DNA of 64,000 nt from a phage. The translations under genes and the position numbers were made by a program. A model generated the notes under the pieces. It searched no databases, was not told the DNA's origin, and saw only the letters and a list, made by a program, of their open reading frames with translations. Below are positions 57,259 to 64,000 of the stretch, piece after piece. Position 1 is the first letter of the stretch. Every line of letters starts with the position of its first letter. The stretch is from assembly GCA_021525805.1 (NCBI GenBank), contig GCA_021525805.1_3940.1, one strand, 5' to 3'.

Positions 57259-57931
57259 TGAAGTACTGTGCCATGCTTACGACTTGCATCCTCATGAGTT
57301 AGGTCTTGATTCCTGTGTATGGACGACAGAACAGTGCAGGGATTTTGAAGATACTGCAAGAGAAGTTGTATGTTCACTTGAAGAGTTCCACACATCAGAA
57401 CCAATTGTGAACGTTGTGGACAAAGAGACTGGACAAACTGTAGGGGTAAGACGTGACAGTTTAGTCATAGTCAATAAAGACCTTGTAGAAAAAGGTAACC
57501 TTATCTTAGCAGATATTGATGGAGTTCTTACAAATTTTAATCACGAAGATTGTTCAACAGAATTGACTGATGGTTCATTTTCACAGTACACTAATCTCCT
57601 TGACTCTGTAAGAGCAAAACCAACGTATGTTTTCAATATCATTGATGCAATTGCTAATCATGCTGCTGTTGGACTCTTGACAGCCAGAGGTGATTCTCAG
57701 AGAATACCTACTGAGATGTTTTTAAGGCATAACATAGAGCATGACTACATGCTTTTTATGCGTGGTTTTGGGACTAACTCTATAAGTGCAGAAAGTTTGA
57801 AAGTGAGGATGATTCAGTCTTGCATTCTGCCTTACTTTAATATAATATGTTTTATAGAAGATACAGAGAAGAATGTGCAGAAGGTGAACAGAATCCTTCC
57901 ACACATCAAAACCATGTTAGTTAAACATTGA
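57236..57931 (+). CDS. Hypothetical protein
   Basis: 231 aa ORF. Confidence 0.3.
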   Translation: MKKLRKSDEVLCHAYDLHPHELGLDSCVWTTEQCRDFEDTAREVVCSLEEFHTSEPIVNVVDKETGQTVGVRRDSLVIVNKDLVEKGNLILADIDGVLTNFNHEDCSTELTDGSFSQYTNLLDSVRAKPTYVFNIIDAIANHAAVGLLTARGDSQRIPTEMFLRHNIEHDYMLFMRGFGTNSISAESLKVRMIQSCILPYFNIICFIEDTEKNVQKVNRILPHIKTMLVKH

Positions 57932-57941
57932 GAGAAAACTT

Positions 57942-58406
57942 ATGAACAATATCATTACGGTAGCACTGGACGTTACGGCAAACAAATCTGAAGTAGTTCG
58001 TAACATTATCAAAAGCAACTTTGAGGGTAAAATCTTCCGTGCTGTCAATGTAAAAGCAGATGGCAGCATTCGTGAATATCGTGCATTGTTGAACGTCAAA
58101 AAGCACGTAAAAGGTGCTGGTTCAACGACTGCACACAAAGAAAACCTGATGACTATCTATGATATGGGTATGGCTTCAGAGTTAGGTGCTGAAGGTATCG
58201 TTAAAGAAGGTGCTCCGTATCGCTCTTTCAATCTGGAAACTGCTCTTATGCTTTCCTTTACAAGTGGTTCTAAAACAACTACTTATCTCTTTACTGATGC
58301 TGCAACGGTATCTGCTATCAAGGATAGCACCGTCAAAGCTGGGGTAGCTGCTGCTGCAAAAGCTTCTTCGATGGCTGCAAATGTCCTTGCTAAAGTCCTC
58401 GGTTAA
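57942..58406 (+). CDS. Hypothetical protein
   Basis: 154 aa ORF followed by terminator. Confidence 0.35.
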   Translation: MNNIITVALDVTANKSEVVRNIIKSNFEGKIFRAVNVKADGSIREYRALLNVKKHVKGAGSTTAHKENLMTIYDMGMASELGAEGIVKEGAPYRSFNLETALMLSFTSGSKTTTYLFTDAATVSAIKDSTVKAGVAAAAKASSMAANVLAKVLG

Positions 58407-58417
58407 GGTTAAGATAC

Positions 58418-58440
58418 AGGCTCCTTCGGGAGCCTTTTTC
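58418..58440 (+). terminator. Rho-independent terminator (UUCG tetraloop)
   Basis: ggctcc-ttcg-ggagcc followed by TTTTT. Confidence 0.6.
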
Positions 58441-58458
58441 ATTTCAGGAGATTGTTAA

Positions 58459-58806
58459 ATGACATTTAAAGAGTTCTGCCAAGCTACTTTCATAATTGTT
58501 TTCTTAGTTGGGGCAGGTGTCTGGGGAGGATACTCTTATAGAGACTATCAAGTTGCTGAAGCTGAGCTAAACAATGAGAAACTAATCAGTGTGGCTAAAG
58601 ATGCTTATCAGGAAGGTTTAGCCACACTGAGCACCAATTACAAAAATGATTTGAAAGATGTGCTTGCTAAGAATAAGCATACAAAAGAGGTATTAACATA
58701 TGAAAAAACTAAGCCAGAATTTTATAATGTTTGTGTTACTGATAACTATGTCAGGGTGTTCAACGAACAAAGTGAACAGTACATTCAAAAACTCCCAAGT
58801 AAGTGA
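58459..58806 (+). CDS. Inner-membrane spanin (Rz-like) candidate
   Basis: N-terminal TM helix then coiled-coil periplasmic domain; lipoprotein ORF embedded in its 3' end. Confidence 0.4.
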   Translation: MTFKEFCQATFIIVFLVGAGVWGGYSYRDYQVAEAELNNEKLISVAKDAYQEGLATLSTNYKNDLKDVLAKNKHTKEVLTYEKTKPEFYNVCVTDNYVRVFNEQSEQYIQKLPSK

Positions 58807-58969
58807 GGGTGACAAGTACACTCAAGAAGAATCAAGATTCACTGTCAAAGGTAATACTGGCAGTGATGTGGCAGCAGCCCTTGAGTTTTATCGTGATGGT
58901 TTTTACCAGTGCACTATAAAAGCTAATAACCTTATTGATATGATTTTATTAGGGAATAAGCAGCAATGA
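58700..58969 (+). CDS. Outer-membrane lipoprotein spanin (Rz1-like) candidate
   Basis: Signal peptide with lipobox-like ITMSGC; starts within 58459-58806 in a different frame. Confidence 0.4.
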   Translation: MKKLSQNFIMFVLLITMSGCSTNKVNSTFKNSQVSEGDKYTQEESRFTVKGNTGSDVAAALEFYRDGFYQCTIKANNLIDMILLGNKQQ

Positions 58970-59235
58970 CAGAGAATCAAGATACTTTCTATGTAGAAGG
59001 TTACTTACTGTTGCCACGACCAAAAGAAACTTATATGCGAATTGATTTCTCACCAACCATTATGGATAATGTGATGTGCCATGTCTTTATGCAAGGTGTC
59101 ACAGCACAGCTTAAGCATGTTGGTAAAGAGTGCAAAATAAATGTTGACACTCATCCAGAAATCAAAGAGAATCACTACACATGGTTCTTACCAGACTCTA
59201 AAGAAATCTTAGCAGTTCTAAAAACGAGGAAGTAA
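58966..59235 (+). CDS. Hypothetical protein
   Basis: 89 aa coupled ORF. Confidence 0.3.
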   Translation: MTENQDTFYVEGYLLLPRPKETYMRIDFSPTIMDNVMCHVFMQGVTAQLKHVGKECKINVDTHPEIKENHYTWFLPDSKEILAVLKTRK

Positions 59236-59237
59236 CT

Positions 59238-59564
59238 ATGCAGATTAATGGAAGAGACTTTGTAGCCGTTTACTACGAGAAAGATAAAGAAGTTGGCGTA
59301 GCACAAGTGTCTTATGGCAATGGTAAGTGGTTATATGGAACAATCGCAGTAGTTGGAACAAGAAGTGATACAAAAACTTTTAAAGATTGTGTTGACCTTC
59401 TTGAAGAATCCATCCACAATCATTGGTGTCTGATATGGATGACTGACAACGAAGTGATAGAACGCTTCAAAAAGATTGGTATCAACATTGATAGTATTGA
59501 GCATGTTGATTTATATGAACTAACTGAGAAGGTAAACTATGAAAGTAATACTAGCCAGAGATAA
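59238..59564 (+). CDS. Hypothetical protein
   Basis: 108 aa ORF. Confidence 0.3.
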   Translation: MQINGRDFVAVYYEKDKEVGVAQVSYGNGKWLYGTIAVVGTRSDTKTFKDCVDLLEESIHNHWCLIWMTDNEVIERFKKIGINIDSIEHVDLYELTEKVNYESNTSQR

Positions 59565-59766
59565 AAAGACACGTAAAATTATCCGGTCAGCAGTATTCAT
59601 TGGAAGAAATGAAGTGATTCCTTTTACAGCAAATGATGTGATAATCTACAGGAAAAAATTAGCATTCAGTTATTGCTTACGTGGCTTTATCTCCCAGCCA
59701 TTGGAAGACTTTAAAAGTCGTTGTGGTAAAGGTATCATCATTCAAGAGGCAATTATCAATGGCTGA
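59539..59766 (+). CDS. Hypothetical protein
   Basis: 75 aa ORF. Confidence 0.25.
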   Translation: MKVILARDKKTRKIIRSAVFIGRNEVIPFTANDVIIYRKKLAFSYCLRGFISQPLEDFKSRCGKGIIIQEAIING

Positions 59767-59959
59767 CTTCTGCAAAGGCTGTTCTATCGAAATGTTCGGA
59801 CGTGATACAGGTGACTTAAAAGGTCTCATCACTGAAGATGACTTTAAAGCTGGTTATGCAATGCCAGTAATCTGTGAAGGCTGTGGGTGTATCTGGGTAG
59901 ACCACGAAGGGCAACGTGTAAAACCTTCTGAAGACAAAGAATCTTGGGAGAGATGTTAA
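59759..59959 (+). CDS. Small zinc-ribbon protein
   Basis: CKGCS ... CEGCGC; ATG at 59759 inside track ORF 59681-59959. Confidence 0.3.
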   Translation: MADFCKGCSIEMFGRDTGDLKGLITEDDFKAGYAMPVICEGCGCIWVDHEGQRVKPSEDKESWERC

Positions 59960-59960
59960 G

Positions 59961-60746
59961 ATGGGTATTGTAAAAATCATCAATGGTGATATCTTTGCTG
60001 CATTTGATAAAGGTAAGTTTGACATCATTGGTCACGGTTGTAATTGTATGAATTTAATGGGTGCAGGTATCGCTAACAAGATTTCTAAACTTTACCCAAA
60101 AGCATATGATACCGATACAGAAGTTTACCTATATGCAGGTGGCATAGGTCACAAACCCTGTGAAAATTTACTGGGTAATTTCTCTGTAGCACGTTTAGAA
60201 CAAGGCCGTATAGCTAACCTTTACACTCAGCTTAAGACTGGTAAAGATGCCCGATACAGTGCTTTAGAGTCATCTTTGAAGCAGCTTAACAGATACTGTG
60301 AAGTCAATCAGTTGAAGAAAGTCGGGTTACCTATGATTGGTGCAGGTATTGGTGGGCTAGACCCTCAAGCCGTCACAGTTATCATTAATCAGGTGATGAA
60401 GAGTGTAGATGTTTATCTGTATGTCTACGAAGGAGAGATGTACCACAAGTTATGCTCAGGTTGGAATAACTACTGTGAACCAGAATACTTTGCAGGTGTA
60501 GTTGTGTTCACAGATAATGCAGTTACCCTCTTCAGACGAAGAAAAGGTAAGATACATCAGAGTAACCCTCCGGTTGAAAAGATGTCTCTAAGTAACGCTC
60601 TAGTTACCCACCTGTCGAAGAGCAATCACAGGATTGCAGTAACATTTGGTAGTGATGCAGACACTTATATCTATGCAAGAACTGATGAGGATATCGAGAC
60701 AGTTTTCTCTTCTCCAGAAGTTACCTTCTTAGACGCAAAGAACTAA
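59961..60746 (+). CDS. Macro-domain-like protein with C-terminal extension (candidate)
   Basis: N-terminal GDIFAAF...DIIGHGCNCMNLMGAGIANKI and later GLPMIGAGIGGLDP, resembling macro-domain ADP-ribose-binding glycine-rich loops. Confidence 0.4.
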   Translation: MGIVKIINGDIFAAFDKGKFDIIGHGCNCMNLMGAGIANKISKLYPKAYDTDTEVYLYAGGIGHKPCENLLGNFSVARLEQGRIANLYTQLKTGKDARYSALESSLKQLNRYCEVNQLKKVGLPMIGAGIGGLDPQAVTVIINQVMKSVDVYLYVYEGEMYHKLCSGWNNYCEPEYFAGVVVFTDNAVTLFRRRKGKIHQSNPPVEKMSLSNALVTHLSKSNHRIAVTFGSDADTYIYARTDEDIETVFSSPEVTFLDAKN

Positions 60747-60796
60747 GAAACTCTGTAGTATATTCACAATAGACTAAGCCTTTCTTATCTGGTAAA

Positions 60797-61020
60797 TTTT
60801 TCAGGTAAGGAGGGCTTTTTCATTTCAGATTTGTGCAGGTAGAGTTCTGTAGAGAAATCTATAGAGAAAATTTTGAACTCCAAAGAGAAAATTCATTTTC
60901 AAACTGTGCAGGTAATCTCCAAAGAGCTTTTTCATTTTCAAAACGTGCAGACCCCGCTCAGGTCGGGCAAGAAAAATCATTTTAGAATTGTGCAGGTAGG
61001 TGGGTGTAGGTGGGGATGTC
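60797..61020. repeat. Iteron-like array of short direct repeats in non-coding region
   Basis: Four copies of TCATTT(T)CAAANYGTGCAGGTA-like 22-mer, three AGAGAAA(A/T) copies, two CTCCAAAGAG copies, two GTAGGTGGG copies. Confidence 0.6.
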
Positions 61021-61178
61021 GCCATTTCTCACAAGGCTACCACATCTGAAAATAAAAGTCAACAGAAAAATTTGTAGCGGATTGAAAAATTATTCTTGAT
61101 TGTAGTTCTGTTTTGTGGTAGTCGCGCGCACACCCGTTCATTTCCCAACCTTACAAAAAAAATATTTAATAAAAACCG

Positions 61179-61207
61179 TTGACACGCCAAACAAGTTGAC
61201 GTACTAT
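61179..61207 (+). promoter_or_regulatory. Sigma70-like early promoter
   Basis: TTGACA, 17 bp, TACTAT preceded by A/T-rich tract; drives first small gene. Confidence 0.6.
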
Positions 61208-61256
61208 CTGCATCAGACGGGCAAGCAAGCCCACTTCCTAAACTGGAGAATCGAAA

Positions 61257-61463
61257 ATGCTTTATAGTCGTGAATTGATGGTTACAACTAACGTTAACAC
61301 AAAGGTAAAACGTTTTTACATGCAAGTATGTGGCGCATGGTCCAGAATATCAGAAGCTGACTACTGCAACTATGTAGAAACGGCTATTAATTCTAATTGC
61401 TACCTTACAAGAAATACAAGAAAGCACATAAGACAGACAGCAATTTACTACTACGATAGATAA
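61257..61463 (+). CDS. Small early protein
   Basis: 68 aa; conserved leader ctaaactggaga...aaaatg upstream. Confidence 0.4.
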   Translation: MLYSRELMVTTNVNTKVKRFYMQVCGAWSRISEADYCNYVETAINSNCYLTRNTRKHIRQTAIYYYDR

Positions 61464-61468
61464 AGTAC

Positions 61469-61504
61469 TTTACAAGGGGCTTATAGTTCGATAAAGTAAG
61501 CCCC
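61469..61504 (+). promoter_or_regulatory. Promoter-hairpin cassette R1
   Basis: TTTACA, 17 bp, TAAAGT overlapping hairpin ggggctta/taagcccc, then conserved leader and RBS. Confidence 0.5.
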
Positions 61505-61549
61505 AGATAAAGAGCTTTACTAACTAACCTTAAACTAGGAGATTCAAAA

Positions 61550-61930
61550 ATGGCTTATCGTGCACCTAAATTCATCAACAAAGGCAACTTTCGCAACGCA
61601 CTGGAGAAGTCACTTGATGAAAATTTTAAAGGTAATATTATCGTTGTTCACGCATTCAATTTTAAGTATGATGTAAACGGGAATAGAATCAACCATTACA
61701 CGGCAACCATGTTAGATGGTACTCTTTCAAGTGAAAAAGCCGTACTGAATGCACTGGCAGGACGCGGAAAAGTATTAGTAAGATGCGATAAGAGACGTTA
61801 TCAGGGCGGCGCATATGGTTACGATGATGCTGTTTACCATCTTGAAAATATGGGCTATTCAGTGGAAAAAGCTGGAGTGTCTCAAATAATCGGCAGTGAC
61901 GGCTATGTGACAATTTTCAAAATTAACTGA
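61550..61930 (+). CDS. Small early protein
   Basis: 126 aa behind cassette R1. Confidence 0.4.
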   Translation: MAYRAPKFINKGNFRNALEKSLDENFKGNIIVVHAFNFKYDVNGNRINHYTATMLDGTLSSEKAVLNALAGRGKVLVRCDKRRYQGGAYGYDDAVYHLENMGYSVEKAGVSQIIGSDGYVTIFKIN

Positions 61931-61938
61931 TAAAGTAC

Positions 61939-61974
61939 TTTACAAGGGGCTTATAGTTCGATAAAGTAAGCCCC
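61939..61974 (+). promoter_or_regulatory. Promoter-hairpin cassette R2
   Basis: Near-identical to R1. Confidence 0.5.
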
Positions 61975-62018
61975 AGATAAAGAGCTTTACCACTCAATCC
62001 TAAATTGGAGATTCAAAA

Positions 62019-62276
62019 ATGGCTATTATCAAAAACGTTGTAGTTCCTGCAAAAACTCGTGATGACGCTCGCATCATGGCGAAAAAGGTAGGTGGGAAAG
62101 TGATTGACAATGGAAAACAATCTGCTGTAAGATGGGGCGTGAAGGCTGATAAACAACTAACCTTAAAACGCAGTTCAGACAATCTTTTTAAAGGTGTAAA
62201 ATCACTCGGTAAAGTTAACGTCTTTACCAAAAAAGGCTATAAAATGCACTTATCATTAACTGGCAATTTAATCTGA
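62019..62276 (+). CDS. Small early protein
   Basis: 85 aa behind cassette R2. Confidence 0.4.
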   Translation: MAIIKNVVVPAKTRDDARIMAKKVGGKVIDNGKQSAVRWGVKADKQLTLKRSSDNLFKGVKSLGKVNVFTKKGYKMHLSLTGNLI

Positions 62277-62284
62277 TAAAGTAC

Positions 62285-62320
62285 TTTACAGGGGGCTTAA
62301 AAGCTGATATCTTAAGCCCC
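62285..62320 (+). promoter_or_regulatory. Promoter-hairpin cassette R3
   Basis: TTTACA, 17 bp, TATCTT; hairpin ggggcttaa/ttaagcccc with a different loop. Confidence 0.5.
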
Positions 62321-62364
62321 AGATAAAGAGCTTTACCACTAAATCCTAAATTGGAGATTCAAAA

Positions 62365-62877
62365 ATGAAAACTGTAGATGCTACCTTTGAAGTTGTAAAA
62401 GAAAAATTCACTATTATTTATGAAGCTGTCAATTGCTTTGAAGCAAGCCATAATCTTGATAATTGGGAGTTTACAGATAACCATCAAGGCGGTGTGACGA
62501 TTAAAAATCCTAACTGTCAGCGCAATGATTTTAAATATGCAATCCCTTTAAATTATAGCCTTAAGCAGCTTTCTAGTGACTATGCAAAACAAGGCCGGGA
62601 AAACCCATCAAAAGAGGCTTACATCAGCTTACAAAAAGAACTAGAAAGGGATTTAGAGGCTTCAGAATACAGCCTTGCCGCGAAAGTTATCGATGCAAAC
62701 GGTAGCACGGTTTTAGAAAGTTTTTATATTGGTTATGCTTTCGATTGGCACTATAGTGACGGCGATGATTTAGATGATAGACTAAAAGAAGAGGTGAGCA
62801 ATTCAGGCGCAGAAACTGAAGTACTAGAACGCTTGGAATCATTAAAAGATTCAGTGCTGAATATCTTTAAAAACTAA
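62365..62877 (+). CDS. Early protein
   Basis: 170 aa behind cassette R3. Confidence 0.4.
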   Translation: MKTVDATFEVVKEKFTIIYEAVNCFEASHNLDNWEFTDNHQGGVTIKNPNCQRNDFKYAIPLNYSLKQLSSDYAKQGRENPSKEAYISLQKELERDLEASEYSLAAKVIDANGSTVLESFYIGYAFDWHYSDGDDLDDRLKEEVSNSGAETEVLERLESLKDSVLNIFKN

Positions 62878-62886
62878 ATAGATTTC

Positions 62887-62921
62887 TTCACACGGGGTTA
62901 TCAAGCTGATAAGATAGCCCC
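62887..62921 (+). promoter_or_regulatory. Promoter-hairpin cassette R4
   Basis: TTCACA, 17 bp, TAAGAT; hairpin ggggttatc/gatagcccc keeps pairing via a G-U position. Confidence 0.45.
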
Positions 62922-62969
62922 AGATAAAGAGCTTTATTCAAATCAACCCTTAAACTAGGAGATTCAAAA

Positions 62970-63266
62970 ATGAAATTATCAAATAAAGTTAGGGAAAATC
63001 TAAGCAAGTTACTTAACAAAATTGATTTTATCGAGACATCAAGAAATACTCATGAGGTTATGGAATGGTTACACGGGAAAATAAATGGCCGTCGTGTAGT
63101 GATTTGTTTATGGAATAGTTGCAGGGAGTATAAAAAACCTGTATTACAAATTAATGTTTATGACGATACTTTTAAAAGTCCAGTAAAGTCTAAAAGCGAT
63201 TTATTAGAATCTTATGAGATATCTGTAAATGGTAAAATCTCACAAAAAGAGGCAATACCATGTTGA
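62970..63266 (+). CDS. Small early protein
   Basis: 98 aa behind cassette R4. Confidence 0.4.
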   Translation: MKLSNKVRENLSKLLNKIDFIETSRNTHEVMEWLHGKINGRRVVICLWNSCREYKKPVLQINVYDDTFKSPVKSKSDLLESYEISVNGKISQKEAIPC

Positions 63267-63592
63267 TGACTGGTGTCACCGCAATTATAGCCATTTTCGC
63301 GCTTTATAAGGCATATAAAGCCTATAATCTAGCAGATAAGGCAATCACACAACAGGTTAGCAATAGCCTTGTAGAGAGCTTTCTAGGGCGTTTAAGTGAT
63401 GAACAAATAAAACGGTTAGAAATGAGCTTCAGATTTCAATCAAAAACTTATCAAATCAGCGACATTTTCAAAGATGATTTTCAGCTTGTCGATGATTATA
63501 ACTCTCTGATAAATGCTTTAAATATCAGTGACTTAAAAGATTACTACGCTGTAATTGTTCAAGAAATGAGCAAACGAAAACAAAGTGCTTGA
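63260..63592 (+). CDS. Small early protein
   Basis: 110 aa, coupled to previous ORF, no cassette of its own. Confidence 0.35.
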   Translation: MLMTGVTAIIAIFALYKAYKAYNLADKAITQQVSNSLVESFLGRLSDEQIKRLEMSFRFQSKTYQISDIFKDDFQLVDDYNSLINALNISDLKDYYAVIVQEMSKRKQSA

Positions 63593-63626
63593 CACTGGTT
63601 TTTAGATAAATTAAATTACACATCAA

Positions 63627-63680
63627 CGGGGAGGCAATAACCTCCCCACTAAATAAAGTCCTAAACTGGAGATTCTGAAA
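63627..63680 (+). promoter_or_regulatory. Hairpin-leader cassette R5 (divergent hairpin sequence)
   Basis: Hairpin ggggagg/cctcccc in the same position; conserved leader ctaaactggagattctgaaaatg. Confidence 0.4.
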
Positions 63681-63953
63681 ATGTATACTACTAACAACGG
63701 TCGTACTTTAAATGCCACTCTACGTCACTATGTAGACGGTGTGATGCACTTTGAGGATTTACGGGCTGAACAACATATCTTAGATTGGCAAGTCGCAGGA
63801 CTCCAAAAAACTGTTACGGGATACGGTAAAAAGATTCCAACCAGTTGGAAAGTTCACTACAAAGGCCGTTTGCGCAGAATTTATCAGGATGTTTACAGTA
63901 ATAGCGCATCAAGTTACATCATGGTAAAAGGTAAAAAGCTGCATTTAATGTAA
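63681..63953 (+). CDS. Small early protein
   Basis: 90 aa behind cassette R5. Confidence 0.4.
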   Translation: MYTTNNGRTLNATLRHYVDGVMHFEDLRAEQHILDWQVAGLQKTVTGYGKKIPTSWKVHYKGRLRRIYQDVYSNSASSYIMVKGKKLHLM

Positions 63954-63958
63954 AGTAC

Positions 63959-64000
63959 TTTACAAGGGGCTTATAGTTCGATATAGTAAGCCCCAGATAA
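63959..64000 (+). promoter_or_regulatory. Promoter-hairpin cassette R6 (cut by window end)
   Basis: Same sequence as R1/R2 with one loop substitution. Confidence 0.45.

Noticed and set aside
61461-64000. CRISPR array suggested by regularly recurring near-identical ~40 nt repeats.
   Set aside because: Intervals between repeats are 200-600 bp and contain ORFs with RBS; repeats carry promoter-like hexamers and a leader; no cas genes. Read as promoter-hairpin cassettes.

Overview
This window reads as a ~64 kb stretch of a virulent, AT-rich tailed dsDNA phage with a contractile-tail (myovirus-type) gene set. No integrase, rRNA, tRNA or CRISPR array was recognised. All calls are from reading the sequence and the ORF track; no database search was run. 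The ORF track treats TTG/GTG as starts, so several start coordinates are approximate.

Layout:
- 1-19.5 kb (+): morphogenesis module. Prohead protease/scaffold (5' partial), major capsid, connector proteins, sheath, tube, chaperone pair with a candidate -1 frameshift, tape measure, baseplate, two tail fibres with His-rich HxH tips.
- 19.5-30.6 kb (-): thymidylate synthase, DHFR, small proteins, DNA ligase, an HNH endonuclease, family A DNA polymerase.
- 30.8-60.7 kb (+): replication and nucleotide metabolism. dNMP-kinase-like, primase-helicase, SSB-like, FEN, HNH and GIY-YIG endonucleases, nrdA, nrdB, glutaredoxin, nrdD split by a group I intron carrying an HNH ORF, nrdG, a Prs-like/NAMPT-like pair, rIIA/rIIB-like, lysis genes, a macro-domain protein.
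- 60.8-64 kb (+): an iteron-like non-coding region, then an array of small early genes each preceded by a conserved promoter-hairpin-leader cassette.

Gene content resembles Felix O1-like phages (inference only).

Most unusual observation: two non-coding islands (23.09-23.35 kb and 24.49-24.77 kb) bracket a two-gene cassette of unknown function. Each island holds two ~110-150 nt units made of a strand-asymmetric tandem pentamer tract (NNACC on +, GGTNN on -) followed by a conserved stem-loop. I cannot match this to any element I know.
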